Assembly: GCA_023213395.1 (NCBI GenBank)
Contig: CM041465.1
Coordinates: 233,065,741 to 233,129,740, forward strand
DNA length: 64,000 nt
Source of the DNA: Cycas panzhihuaensis
Taxonomy: Eukaryota > Plantae > Cycadophyta
Reading direction: 5' to 3'
This document shows positions 34,601 through 48,640 of this stretch, one piece after another. The notes beneath the pieces are model-generated. The model made no database searches, had not been told where the DNA came from, and saw only the letters and a list, made by a program, of their open reading frames with translations. Both the position numbers and the translations under genes were made by a program. Each line of letters starts with the position of its first letter. Positions within the stretch are counted from its first letter, which is position 1.

Positions 34601-37600
34601 GCTGAGGCTGAAGAGAAGAAAGCCTTTGAGGATAACAAGGCTATAAAACATGATTTACGAAGGACTATTATAAGGGAAGCAGAGGTAGTTGTGACTACAT
34701 TGAGTGGTTGTGGAGGTGATATATACTCTGCTTGCATTGAATCTGTTTCTCGCAACAGAAATGGCAAAGCTATTGGTGATTCTCTATTTGATGCAGTTGT
34801 TATTGATGAAGCTGCTCAGGTAATGTGCACTTCTTTACATATGATCTATTCATGGTCAAGTTTCTGTTTTTATGAGTGGCACATTTTTGAGTTGAAAACA
34901 CAAAATATTTTACAAAAATTCGTGGCTGGCCAACAAGAAGTGCTGTTAAAATCTTTGTTTCAATGCATCTAATTCCGTTTTTACTTTTGTGTCTAGGCTT
35001 TAGAACCGGCAACTCTTATTCCTTTGCAGCTTCTGAAATCAACTAGTGCCAGATGTGTTATGGTAAAATCTGTTTCCATTAGTTACAGAAAACCCCTTCT
35101 CCATTGTCATAGTTTAGCATTTAAGTGAATGCTTCCAAAGTTCTTGAATACTAAATATCCAGTATTTGAAATTTTGTTAAAGGTCGGTGATCCAAAGCAG
35201 CTTCCTGCAACAGTATTGTCTCAGCTTGCTAGCAAGTTTTCATATGAATGCAGCATGTTTGAACGTCTGCAACGGGCAGATTACCCTGTGACAATGTTGA
35301 GTACACAGGTAACTATGATATATGATGAGCTGCCTCCCAAATTTTTTAATGATAGGGCTAAAATTCCTGCTTGTGGCCATCCTTTATAGCGTTGCAGGCT
35401 TCCTTTTATAGGTATATTATTGTGTGAAATGTTTCAGACTAGAGCTTGGCATCATATTTTACCTAAGTCGCATGGGTTTATCTATCTATCATCCACCACT
35501 CCTACATCCATGTTTTGGTGCTTATGCTTCTAAAGGATCATGTTGTTTCTGTAAAATGCTCATATTCTTTTACTAATGGAATATGAGGAATAGGCAGCCA
35601 CTTTTATAGGATTGTCCTGAAAACAGTATCTTTATAGCTATGCATAATGTATTCTTGCAATTGGGCCGTAGCACGATCTGATGCACAAAGCAAGAAGCAA
35701 GTCATGGGAATATGGGGCATCACTATATGTAATGACATGTAATGTTTACGCACACACACACACACACACACACATACATGCACGTGTGTTAAATAATTGC
35801 CATGATGACACTCCCATAATGATGGTGTTCATGGTTGAATTTGATATAATAATTTGCATATAATAGATGGTTCCATTGTTTTCTATTTTATGCATTAGAA
35901 ATATACTCAAAGTATAAACAGTTAGCATGGAAGGCTACATAGGTACTCTCTTAGTTAAGGTTAGTCTAGGTGGTTAAATTTAAAAGGTTAGTAAAGAGGG
36001 GTATGTAGGTACTATCTAGTCGAGGTTATATATGGATGGATGCTTTTGATGATGTCATGAAGTAGGATTTTTTTTTGGATATATAGTATAGATACTTTGC
36101 AAGGTTGTTGGGTTCATGGATTTGTGGGTTTAGAGAATCCGGTTTCTCCTGAAATTAGGGTATGGGGATTTGGCAAATATTTTATTTTACTTTTTAAATT
36201 AAAAAATATTAAACAACAAACACATACCTGATGTGACATTAAACAATTGTGGAAGCAACAAAATAATAAAAATTTTGTAATTTACTTTTAATCTACAATT
36301 TAGTCATGCTTTCTACAAGGGGGACTGGAGAGGTTTTATCACAAAAATAAAGAATATTACCAAAAGAACTAGAGATACTCTTATCACTGCTCTTATTTTG
36401 AAGCTTTACCAGAAAGAGACAACCTATTACAAAAGTATGAACCATATATAAAAAGAAATATACAGCAACATATTTTCTGTAATTGTTTGACAAATTTAAA
36501 TTCCATTATTCTATGTCTCAACACAAGTAAATTGTTTTGCCCCCATGGAAGAACCATGTTTATGCTAACCAATGAAAATAAATTGCAATGTCTTCTAAAA
36601 TTGTGCGAGTAATGTCAAGAACCATTTGTCCTGCTGTGATGTGAATTGGTAAATTTTCCCAGAATTTTTTTAAAACAAAACTATCCAGAAATTTATAAAA
36701 TGCAAGGATCTGCAAAATAAATTATGAAGCTTACCCAATGAAATTTGAACTGTAATAGCATGTCCTGTATGCAATAATGGTGAACAATCATTAAGCATCT
36801 TTTTAGAAAGACAAAATAAAACGATTTCAAATATTTCAGCAAAGAGAGAGAGAGAGAGAGACGGATTGTGATACAGTTTGTGTATGATTTTCTCTGTCAA
36901 TTTGTGCCCTGCTTGGCTGCTATTCACCCACTGGAACTCCATTTTTTTTGAGATTTTAGGTTTTCTTTTTCTTTTTTTGACTGTTTATTGGTGGGTTTAA
37001 CTGGTCCAACCTGGTTCTATTGCAGGGTTTGGCCAGGTTCGTCTGAGCCAAACCTTGTATGCCATTTAGATGAGCTCGGTCACAAACCCAGGAAATGGGT
37101 TTAGGATTGAACTGGATTTGGAAACCTGGTAATCCTGATATATTCACAACAATGTGCTTATTTTAAAATGCTACAATTCACTTTGAGCATTAACTTTTTT
37201 GTGTTGCTGATTTTTGCAGTATCGTATGCATCCTGAGATATGCCAATTCCCATCTGCCCATTTCTATGACAACCAGCTAAAGGATGGAGGTCTAGCCGAA
37301 GGCAGCAGGTCTGCACCATTTCATGATAGCTTGCACCTTAGACCATACGTATTTTTTGATGTTGTAGATGGACAGGAGGAAAGTGGAAGATCCATAAGAT
37401 CACAATCCCTTTGCAATGAATCTGAAGTTGATGTTGCTTTGGAGATTTTGAGATTCCTCAAACTAAGGTAATGTATTTGTATCCTTTGCAAGTGAGTAGG
37501 TAGATCTGGCCTTTAACTGCAGTCAGAAGATGATTTTCGTTTGTGTCGAGCCAGGTATCCATTAGAATTTCTGCCTGGAAGAATTGGAATAATTACACCT

Positions 37601-40074
37601 TACAAGCAACAACTTGCAGAGTTAAGACTACGGTTTACAAGGGAGTTTGGACCAAGCATTGTAGGGGATATGGAATTTAATACTGTTGATGGCTTTCAAG
37701 GGCGCGAGGTGGATATGCTAATATTTTCAACTGTGCGGGCATCGTCAGATGTAGAAACACCTGCTTCAAAATCTGGCAGCATTGGGTTTGTCTCAGATGT
37801 TCGACGAATGAATGTTGCTTTGACACGAGCTAAATATTCTTTATGGATTGTTGGTAGTGCAAGGACATTGCAGCGGAGTCCTCATTGGGCTGCCTTGCTT
37901 AAGAATGTGAAAGAAAGAAATTTACTTTTTTCAGTGAAGCGGCCATATAAATCAATGTTTTGCAATGTAGTATCAGACACTTCTACAAAGAATTGCCCTG
38001 CTAATGATTCTAGTGTAAAACAGACTTCAGCAAAGCGTTTTAAAGGAAACAAGATTTCAGGGAGTCAACATGATAGGAAGCGCGTTAAAAGGGATACCGG
38101 CAAATGTTGTTCACATGGATTGGAAAATGAACAGGACCAAATGGGTCAGATTGATGAATATTCTCAGTTAGCTCCAAATCCGAGGAACATGAAAAAAAAT
38201 GCTCAGCAGATTCTTTCTGTTAGTCGGGAAAATGACACGTTGCATGCAGAAGCAATGGTGGGAAATGGTGGGGGACCTGACGGTAAAAACTGTAATGCTG
38301 CAAAGAATGATGCTAGAAGGCCAGGTGAGAAGGGAGCAAATGCAAGGATGTCAGGAGAAAAAGCACAAGTACCTCCAAGTCATTCAGCAAAGAGGAAAGC
38401 AAAGGACAGGAGCAAGCTGACAGTTAACAAGGATGTGCATCACATCAAATCTGCAGCAAATAAAATTGGAATGCTTGACAAAAATGCTAGATCAAACACA
38501 GATAATAATTGCTTGCCTGAAATAAATAATGAAGTACGTGAGCCTCAGAAAGCTGAACCTCAGACAGTGGAGATTTCCAAAAGAGTGGTGCAGCTTACAG
38601 AAGAAGGAAAGCATTTAACGGTTAAGCATAAACATTGTGCAAAAGATGGTAGAACAGAACTAAAAGAATGCCACTCAAATAGCAGGCATCTTGAAGCCCG
38701 AGAAAAGAATAAAATAGTCACCCCAAAAAGGGATTCATTGCACCAGCATAGTGAGGATACTCGGAATCAAAAGGAATCTAAAGTTTCCACCTCTGTGGAA
38801 TTAAATTGTCCAAATGGTGCAAAGAATAGTGTGGGCCAACATATTGCTGGAAATGCTCAGGGTGATTTGATTTCAGCACGTAAACGGCAGCGGGATGCAG
38901 TTGATGCTGTTCTGCCTTCTGGGGCCCTCATCTCTTGCAAGAAGCCCGAATTTTCTTGGAGATCATCACAAGCAAAGCCCGCCTCAGCTTCCAATGTGTT
39001 AAGAAATGTGGGGGAAAGGTTACCAGTCTCTAGACAAGGTAAGAATTATGACCATATTTAATTCTTCTTTGTCCTGAAATATTTCATGCAATGGGATAAT
39101 TGAAAGCCTCATATGGAATAAATTTTGATGAAAGGGTTTTGAATAGGATGCAATTCATGAATTGGAGCAACGTTTATGTCTCTGCTTCTTTAAGCATAAA
39201 ATTCCTTGATATGATCAGGCCATAGTCTGCAAGGACTATCAGATGTCTGTCATCACAATCTTTTCACAACTTGGAACATAAAAAGTTCAGTTTAGCATTT
39301 TATTTTGTTGCCATTGTGATACTGTTGGGCTACATAACAGATAATCTGCCTGATTCTATAGCTTTTCTATATAAAATAGCATTGCTATATGATAAGCATT
39401 TATTGTTTCATTGTTTCTTATTCCTCAAGTTCTGGCCACATTGGAGTTGGAAGAAATTTGACAGTGTTCATTAAATGGCTTACATTTGGCCGTGATGGTT
39501 TTTCTATGCATCAACAAGGTTGTTATTAGTCATATTCCTTACAGCCTTTATTGGCAGTTTCTTCCGTCTCAATGGAAGAGAAATCAGCATCACAAATGAC
39601 ACATGAACCTGTTATCCCTCATCGTCAAAAGGAGCAAGTGGAAGTATCATCCCAGCAGAATACATCTAGTAGCAAGGAACATTTGTTTGTAGAATGGAAA
39701 CGTTTTGAGAAGAAACTGGCTGAATCTAAAAACATCGTACGATCAGCCACAGGATCATCAACAGAATCCTCTGATCTACCGCCAAACCAAAGAATGGTAA
39801 AGTTAATTTTCCTTGAACAAAACATTGTGTGATAGAATATAGTGATTTCTGAGTTCAGCTAATATTAGCAACACATTTTCTTTTAGATACATACTGAAAT
39901 GAATTACAGGCTTCCAATAACTAGGCTGCACCATCACAGGAGTTTCAACATCATAAATCTGCTGATACAACAGTTGATGACATTTTATCTGGTTTAGTCC
40001 ATGTCAGTTGGGCCCAGGTGCAAGGTTGTCAGAGTTTGGCAGCATTTTCTCAGGCACCAGCCAAGCCTAAATAA
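31384..40074 (+). CDS. Sen1/senataxin-like (UPF1-like SF1) RNA/DNA helicase, 5'-incomplete; join 31384-31672, 31761-33193, 33312-33726, 33864-34819, 34997-35062, 35183-35308, 37220-37467, 37555-39038, 39558-39796, ~39925-40074
   Basis: GT-AG introns with consistent phases and no internal stops. Motifs FNESQ, LIQGPPG|TGKT, VCAQSNAAVDEL, VIDEAAQ, VGDPKQLP, SMFERL, Q|YRMHPEI, IGIITPY, TVDGFQGRE, RRMNVALTRAK. Resembles Arabidopsis At1g16800 from memory. Last exon tentative. Confidence 0.93.
31761..33193 (+). CDS. Helicase exon B (low-complexity linker and pre-helicase region)
   Basis: tacag|AC...AAG|gtag; PPRLDDWY, IFRPLVLEEFKAQL, ENDLVLLS. Confidence 0.92.
33312..33726 (+). CDS. Helicase exon C
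   Basis: ccag|GTAGAA...CCAG|gtta; REFQALS, FNESQ, LIQGPPG. Confidence 0.93.
33864..34819 (+). CDS. Helicase exon D (Walker A to Walker B)
   Basis: gcag|GCACTGGTAAAACA...GCTCAG|gtaa. Confidence 0.93.
34997..35062 (+). CDS. Helicase exon E
   Basis: tag|ALEPATLIPLQLLKSTSARCVM|gtaa; not in the ORF track. Confidence 0.9.
35183..35308 (+). CDS. Helicase exon F
   Basis: aag|VGDPKQLPATV...MLSTQ|gtaa. Confidence 0.92.
35751..35774. repeat. (CA)n microsatellite in the 1.9-kb intron
   Basis: Direct reading. Confidence 0.9.
36843..36861. repeat. (AG)n microsatellite
   Basis: Direct reading. Confidence 0.9.
37220..37467 (+). CDS. Helicase exon G
   Basis: gcag|YRMHPEICQFPS...KL|gtaa. Confidence 0.92.
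37555..39038 (+). CDS. Helicase exon H (motifs V-VI and disordered tail)
   Basis: ccag|G TATCCA...CAAG|gtaag; TVDGFQGRE, RRMNVALTRAK. Confidence 0.92.
39558..39796 (+). CDS. Helicase exon I
   Basis: ggcag|TT gives a phase-1 join to exon H; open to AGAATG|gtaaag. Confidence 0.7.
39925..40074 (+). CDS. Probable last helicase exon
   Basis: Phase-0 frame AAPSQEFQHHKSADTTVDDILSGL...KPK*. Competing acceptors end at 39886, 39909 and 39939. Confidence 0.45.
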   Translation, partial: AAPSQEFQHHKSADTTVDDILSGLVHVSWAQVQGCQSLAAFSQAPAKPK

Positions 40075-43000
40075 TGTATAATTTTATCTTGTTATCGTTG
40101 TAATTTCAACTTGTATTATCTGTACTCTGTACAGCTCTGTTCCTGCTTTTGAAGAGGACCATGGGGTTTGGGCATGGAACCGTCATCCCAAGGAACATGT
40201 ATCATTAGTCTTCGGAAAAATATTCTATTTTTTGGTCCTTACTGGGCTCGGCACAATAATAAGGCCAGCAAAATCTGCAGGCATTGTTTGCAGTTTTTTA
40301 ATGCTGGGATTTTTGTTTATTCATTATTTCATTTTCACAATTGAATGTTCACTGATTCTCAACTGCCCTCTGAAATGTTACTTTTAGTGTGATGAAGAGA
40401 GAACCTCAATTGCATTATAAGATGACTAAACTGCTGTGAGCATAATGTTTCAGTCCTTTCAGAACCGAATGAAGATTAAAGACCCAATTACTCTATTTAA
40501 TCTATGGAGGGCTCATTAGAAGCATTAAAAAATAAATTGTAAGGCATGGACATGTCTGATGATGTGTGCATTATTTTTGGATTGTAAAATTAGGGGCATA
40601 TATGACTCTTTGCCTGATTTGACGAATCAATTGGCTCTCAACAGAAACAAGTGCAGTATTTGCTGACAGCTTTATCAGTCTTACCAGCCTTTTTCCATTG
40701 TGGATATCTTAAGTAATTTGAAAACACAAATCGTGTTATGCGCAACATCAAATTTGAACAATGCTTCCATGTAACTCTTGTTCCAGTAGAGAGGGACAGG
40801 TAGAATTTGTAATACAGTTAAACCATCATCAATTTGACTATTTCAATTATACTGGGATTATGAGATGTGCTAGCAATTTTAGAGGCATAAACTTCATTTT
40901 ATGAATTTAAAGCTGAGTTGCTGGAAATGGGAAAATGCTGAAATAAAAGTGAAAATGTAAATTTTTTATATAAAAAATATATTAAATCATTCTTTTAATA
41001 ATCAAAATACATATAGGATAAAATATGGAACATATAATTTCAATAATTAAATTTATTATATTTTTCAAGTTTTACATGTTATTTTAATACTAAGCAGTCA
41101 AGATTAGAAGTCGGTGAGAGTCCTTCCATAAATGATCCATCCATGGAAATTTTTTATTAGAAATAAAGCTGAAAGCACGTTATGTAGTATTGGAAAATTT
41201 GAGTAGAGGATTTTAGAAAACATGTTTGGGAGATTTTCCAAGTTTCTGATGCATTTGCATTTTATGAAATGTAGAACCATTAAGTAGAGTGGAGCTTCTA
41301 GTAACATAGATGAAATGATCATTGTTTGTTAAATTCAAAAATGGATGAACACATGGAATTCCCTGCTTCTCTCTAAACACACACACGCAAAAGGGAAAAA
41401 AAAGACACTACATTTAGAATTGTGTTATAGAACTTAAATGGTAGTTGAAACATCCATATTGTATCTCAAATATTTATGACAGTAACTAGAATATGTTTCA
41501 TTTTATTAGCGATTTTTATGGGCAAGTTTGAATGTCAAATTGGCTAAAAATGAAACATATTCTAGCATGAAAATTTAAAGACATGGGTATAATTACATCA
41601 AATTAGGCCCCAAAATTATTCTCCAAAATTTCATGAAAATGATCATTTTAAAACTTGACTCATCTTCAAATTGAATGTTTTGCTATCAAACAATAGCAAA
41701 ATTGGTCAAGTGACTAGTCATTGCGTAAGTAGATGAGTCAATTCTCTATGCATTTTTTTGAAATTGAATTTCAACTCCAAGTGACAAAGATATCACCATT
41801 TTAGTGATAGTATGAAATTTGTGTTTAAGGGGTTGGATATTTGGCTTTTTAGCCTATTTTGTGTTTCAATTGTTAGTCACATTGGCTGTCCATATGATTG
41901 TGAATTAATCTGTAAGGGATTGGCAGATTTTTAAAAATATCAAATTTAATTTAATTTTTGAAAAAAATTGTGAAAATATAATAGAAACTTTATAAAACAT
42001 TTCCACTATTTTGTTTTGTCAATTTTTGTGTGCAAGGTTGCTCAAGAGTTTATGGTTTGGTTTGTGTCATGTTTTTTTGCATTTGTAATGTTATCTGTGG
42101 TATTATTTGAGGATGTGTGTGGTGTTTTAGAGCACAAGGCAACCATATCTATGTAAGTTAATGTAGTAATTGTTGAAATCGTGCAATTTGTTTGGTATCT
42201 CAAATGGTATGGTAAGCTTGTTTGTGGCACATTTTGCCATCATGAAAAATCAATATAGTGCCTTGTTGGGCTAACCATAGCCAATATCTTGTATATCATA
42301 AAAATTTAAGTACCACAAATACAAAGAGGGATGCCCTTCTATCTTGAAGTTTTTACTTTACTATGGTGATCTTTACCTTTGGAAGAATGGACTCTTTATG
42401 CCTTTGAATTATGAATGTAGATCACATTCTCTTATCCTCCATTGACATGATCTCCTTTGTGAAAGTCTGCATATTTTCTTCTTCCAATTGCATTGCATGA
42501 CACACAATACACAAGCCAATCTTTGTTTAAATGCCCACATGATTTGCTTCCTTAAAATGGCATGATTCTTTGTCATGGTGATCGCCTCGCTTTCTTATTT
42601 CATTCACAGAAGATGTCAAGAAGGTTTGATCATGGATTTCTCTATTGATGCAAAGAAATGATTAAAGTAGTAGTAATTACATTAGTTACTTTGTATATTT
42701 GTGGGTTACATGCTAGCAATGCAATTTAGAAAATGAATTGTAGACATTAAAGCTAATACTTGGGGAGTTGAGAATGTTATCATTTCAACTCATTGCCATA
42801 ATGACTTTGGTCTTCTTCCTACAAATGACTAGGTATTTAGAGGTGATTGTTAATGGCAGTGGTGAAAAAGCAAGTAATGCCTCATTGGAGGAGGTGATCA
42901 TAGCAATAAGATGTAGTGGGGGAAAATTAAAGAGGTGAAGGAAAACAATTGTTTTTATATTTTTCAAGGGAAAGGGTGAAAAGGAATATATAAGCATAAA

Positions 43001-45729
43001 AAAGCAACTAAAAAAATCTTAGCATTAACATTGTGTTGCAACAAGGTTGCAATTCTTATAGTCCATAAATCTTCAAGCATCCACCCTCCACCCCGTCACA
43101 AACCTTTTTTTTTGCATATATGTACTTTTTTAACAATTTAAAAAAGAAAAGGATTGTTGCACAACATATTTCCCATAGTAGCCAATCACCATGGTTGGTC
43201 GTGGTCATGAATCAATAGATCTTGCATGGTAGGATTTATATGTCTGTTATTTATGGATTCAACTTTCAAACTTGCATAACCTAGCTTTTATACACAACAT
43301 ACATAAAAAAGAGTCCAAAATAGAAGGAAAATTTATCATATGATAAAAATGTATGCATTAAATATGTGACTTCAGTTTCATATGGAGTAATGCTTCGGTT
43401 ATATTAGTCACAATTTGCAAGTTGATTCTCCAAAAAAGTTGGTTCTAAGAATTTAAGAAAAGTAAGAAAAAAAACTTAGCTTCTACAAATTCTAAGATTA
43501 AACCATGGAATTTTAATAATCTCCAAGACTGCACCTTTGGGATTGATACTACTGGTTGAATATGAGTTTGTGTTATAATGCGAAATGGTAATATGCTTCG
43601 ATACTTAATTGTTGGTATTGAGTCATAGCTCTAATATTTATGTACAATGTAGAAGCAAAAGAATGGGCAATAGATGCAACAAGAAATGAATATGTGGTGA
43701 ATGGATGAATGAAACAATAAGATGCTAGTTTGAATTAGTGTTTGTATGTTCAATTCACATATGTATTCAAGTGGTATCAAGTTGTGTGCTTTGGATAGTG
43801 TTTCAATGAAATATCTAATTAAAAAGGTTCATTCAATATACACTTACTAGTTTAAAAACTATAGTTGAAATAGATAATTCCCTCATATTTTAGATAAGGA
43901 TGGTTGAAAACATCAAATGGTATTTGATAATATTGAATAATGTTTTATGTTGTTTAGTTGTATAAATGAAAGTTCAATGATATTTACACACGCAACTTTA
44001 TAATACAGGTTTGAAGTTAGGAAATATGTTTGATAGTTATAATTGATGTTCCTAGTAACATTAAATCGTAATTGTACTTTGACAATAAACAAACTTTGCT
44101 AAGCAATATTTTATAATGTTTTATTATCACTTATCAACATTATTTATCATTATAATTGATTATGCCACTAGGGAATGTGTTGTGATGTTATATTGTTGTT
44201 TACATCTCAATACTATATCACTCTTATTGTATAGAGATCTTTCCCACCTAATCCATTTCTAATGCATGTTGCATTCAACCATTCTTCAATGGTGTTATTT
44301 GTGTGTATGTTGTCATGTGTCACATTGTAATATGGTCAAACTTTAAGTTCTTGTAATTTCTATTATTTAATCTTCATGTCTATTTGTTTTCACTAGTTGA
44401 CTTGTTTGCCATTTGTTGTTCATCAATTTCATGTTTTGTGGATATTGTTTTATTGCATATGTTAGAAGTCTAGGGTTCGCCATCATGCATTGTTAATTTT
44501 GATCCATGTACATATGCTTGGTCATCTTTTGAATCCATTCAAATTAGTTGTGGTAGTCATTTAGAGGGGGAAGATTTTCTCTTCATGGGTAACAATGCTA
44601 CTCATCCATCAGTAATATAATGTGAAAAGAGTGTAACTTGTGTGCTTTATTGTAATTTATTGTAATTTTACCTTGAGTTCGTAAAGGGTATAAAATTGAC
44701 TCAACAATAGTCATTATTTAAATTAATTAGTTAAGCTAGTAAAAAGTATATTCCTATTTAGCTAGCTTGAATCTTTATCGGGCTATGAGGTTACTTGCAC
44801 AGAAAAAGAAACTTATCAAGATGCTACAATTTGAGGGGTATCACTAATCTAGATATCATTTGGTTTACTCAGGTTATGAACAAGTGCTCTTTGATTTGAA
44901 GTTAACAACATTTTCAATAGGCCAATAGTTATAAATTAATTTTCTTCCAGATGTATTTGCTTCCTTTCATTTGAGGGAATTATGATTAATTTGTTTTTGG
45001 TGATTCACCATAATTAGTTCACCATTAGAGTAAGTTCAATGTTTGTCTTCCATTAATTGAAATTGTTGTCATTAAACATCATATGGGACAACTTCTCCAT
45101 GGTGAATTTAGACTACAAAATAGATATTTTGTTTCCTATGGCCTCACTCAAATGATCAAGAACATCCTTTTGTCAATGTTATCCAATATTAAAATCTATT
45201 TCTTCTCAAATCAAACTATCCTTCTTTAATAATTTTATGCCCAAATGTTAATTTGGCACCCTTAACACCTTCAAACATAACCCACATGTATCAATTTTGA
45301 CCTTGTATGCTTTGCATTGCTTCAAAAAACACTTTTATGACTTTTGCACTCAGGCAACTTGAAATGGCTTCAGGTGGCTAAGTTGAATTAGTTACGTTGG
45401 TTGGTTGTCAAAGTAGTTTTATGTTTTCAAGTTGTTAAATTACTCTCATCTTAAATAGAGGTGAGTATTACCACTAATACTTGGTTAATTCTTTGGAGAT
45501 GATAGAAGAGTACTATGCTTCCAGATTCCACCTCTTCTTCATTCCCTTTTAATTCTCTAGTTGGGTGCTTGTTTGTGTGCAAGCAAATGCTAATCACCAT
45601 AGGGGGTCTCATTTCTTGCTTTTGCACATTTCTTTAGGCTCTTAAAAAAGGAAACATTCTCCAAGGATTACAACACTACTTTTTTTATTCATAGATTGGA
45701 ATTCCCCCTCTAAAGGGTCACATCAATTA

Positions 45730-46140
45730 TGTGAAATGTTTGCAAAGAATTCCAACATTAGAGAGGAATGGTTCTAGAACAATTTTGGAATGGTTATAGT
45801 AGAAAAATAGTTTCAAAATGACTGGAATGACTTGTGTAGTTTGGAATAGTTGCAAGGAATGGTTATGTCAAAGATTGAACAACTTCTAGAATGGTCAGCA
45901 TAGTAACTCTTTCGAGGCATTCCTTTCTCTATTTTATACCTCCATTTATGTAGTCATTTTTTATACTATAATTGTTGCATACTATCCATTTATTCCTAGT
46001 TGTATGGATTCATCTCTATTCCTCTCCCATTGTGATACATCGATTGGTATTAGAGCCTGAGATTAGGCCTATCCAAAAGCCTCTCAATTTTCTTCTCTTA
46101 TTTTCTACATAAAATCATGGAGTGGGATAAGCAAGCCCAC
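45730..46140 (+). mobile_element. LTR (~45730-46042), PBS 46045-46057 and start of a possible gag, truncated
   Basis: TGTGAAA...CATCG, tggtattagagcc, then MEWDKQAH. The PBS context matches that at 2391. Confidence 0.55.
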
Positions 46141-48640
46141 ATTAAGGAAGAGATAGAAGAGGGCACTTGATTGACCATGGCTCCCACCTAAATGTTCTTG
46201 GTAGCACGCTGGAGAGAGGGCACGAGCATACGCCCCATCTCTTGGGAGATCCGAGTAGCGAGGGGCACAAGCATACGCCCCATCTCTTGAACATAAGGTG
46301 TGGCGGTGATGGACACTTCGTTTGATTGGTTAGACTAATGGCAACATGCAAGTGTATGCAACATGCCAAAATATGTGACAATAAAAGGCAAAAAAAAAGA
46401 GAGTTAAAACAAGCTATCTAACAAATGAAAGATGTGGTGTACGCAAACAAATCAAACAATCATGCATCAACCAACAAGCGTGAACTGAAAGCTAACTAAA
46501 AATAGTTTGAGATAAGATCAATCAAACAATAGTCAATTTCCTTGGGAGGACCAATCAACATATGAAAGCCCTTGTAATGTGAGGGGGTAAATCAAGCACA
46601 AATGCCCACAACTCTTACATAGCTATGGGCTTGTCATATAGAACAAAAGCCTCTCAGGCTGATTGATCTAATCCTAACCCAGACTCCTACTTGACCCTAA
46701 AATAACAAACTCAATATAAAAGAATCAAGAAAAGAATTACTCGAAGCTAGAGGTCTGAAGGAAGTAAGACCATATGATAGATTTACTTGTGGATAAGTCA
46801 GTGAGGACTCATCAATACCAGCGATGGAACTCACACAAGTGTGAGAGTGACCTAACAATACTCACATCCAATTCTAACAAACCTTAAACTCATAGAGGAT
46901 GAAGAAAACAAAGACCACCACTCTCAACAAGACGAATGAAGTTCACTTGACTATCGGCGCCCCATGTAGAAGCACATGACGATGATAGGCATCTTTCAAT
47001 GGCCTAAAGGCATAAGACAATCTTTCTCATTTGACAATGACATTGGGTAGTAAGAAAACTATCCTCCCTCTTCAGTAAAAATGATACTTTACTTTCTAAA
47101 AAAGACTATGATGAGCAAATAATACACAATCCTAATGCAACTAGTATGTTATTAAAGTTATGTATGAACAAAAAACAACTTAACTAATCAAACCAAATTG
47201 TTGTTCCATGGGTTTGAGAACTCACAACAAGTGTGAACCTCTTTCTCGTTGGGTCCTTGAAAAGACACGTGCGAAAATGAAAATGCAAATGCAAACCTTT
47301 TTTTTTTTCTCGTTCTTTTTTTTCATGCTTTCTTTTTTTTTCTTAAAAAGAGATTCAACATGCAAGGCAAGAGAAGATCAAGTAGCAATGCATAACCAAT
47401 ACGCAGATCAACTCTTTTCTTAATCCTCTTATTTTTTAAATGAAATTAAGAAATAAAATGATGCTTTTAAGCCCTTTTCGTTTGGGAAAATCAAATCTAT
47501 GGCAAGGGGTTTTGAAGAATACCTGGATAGAATGCCCATAATATCCAACTTACCCTATTCCAAAATAGTTTTCTCCATGTTTTTAAATCGTGATCATACT
47601 CAAAATAAAATTAAGCAAGCATGCATATATAAAACTAACACTTAGGAAAAAATCAATAGCATTTTCGTTTGTTAAATTGACCTATGAAAAAATAAAGTTT
47701 GAGGTGAAATTGGAAATGCGAAATATCACTTTTGAAAGCACATTTTTATACAAATTTTTTTGAAGTGTTTTTGGTGGAATTTCGACAACATAATAGCTAT
47801 GCAACAAGCACTCAATGTTTGTGGAAGGTGAATGGAGTAATGCAAAAAAATGGAGGTCCTCTAATAGTTCCAAATGCTCTCCAATTAGCACACAAATCTT
47901 TCAAGAAGCTCTTCCATTCACATAGCTTAGTTTGATATTAAAACCATATAACATACAAGATGAAGAAGCTACTAAAATGAAAGTTCAATAACCATTCAAA
48001 CAAGCAAGTGAGCGGTATGAAAGAGGACTTTAGAAATAGCAAATTGTTCTCCATTTTCTGAACCGAGATAAGTAATACTAAGCTTATTTTCTACTGCAAG
48101 ACACCAAAAAACAAGGAAAGTGAAATATGCAAAGAAAAGAGAGTTAAAATCATAATTGAAAGCAAACATAAAAAAGACAATTTAATGCAAAAAAAAAAAA
48201 AAAAAAAAAAATCTTGAGAAAAAGATAAAAATCCTAACAATGTCGGGGTGTTACCCATGTTTTTAAAAAATGAGAGATATTAATGGCTATCTACTTCAAC
48301 CAAAGAGTGCTCCAACAGTGTCCAATGTTCAAACCATGAGCCAAAAGTGGAAGCTAATAATCAAAATTGAGTGAGCATGAGAAGTTTGGCGAGAATCTAA
48401 CAACATAACGATAGCTCAAGCAACTAGAAAATGACCTCCCATTTGCAATGAAATTGGGGGGTGTAAATAAGAGAGGATAAAGTTTTGAGCCCATGGTTTC
48501 AAGCCCATAGATTGATCAAAACCATGGGTAAAAAACCCATGGTTTTGGGGCCAAACTAATGGGTGGACAATTAATAGGCCATGGTTTTAATTCAAACCTA
48601 TATGCAGTCCATGGGTTTGATAAAACCAGCAGGTAGGCTT
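46140..48640 (-). repeat. Direct repeat copy 1 (leader plus long LTR of a Tat/Ogre-like Gypsy)
   Basis: Collinear with 55870-58110 at roughly 75-80% by eye, e.g. aggtgtggcggtgatggacacttcg vs aggtgtggaggtgatggactcttcg. Confidence 0.85.

Noticed and set aside
36100-37154. MITE or hAT derivative in the 1.9-kb helicase intron
   Set aside because: GGTTT/AAACC-rich ends are suggestive, but the TIR match is poor and no TSD was found.
40300-45700. Coding or DNA-transposon relics downstream of the gene
   Set aside because: AT-rich and degenerate; I could not support any motif, TIR or TSD by eye.
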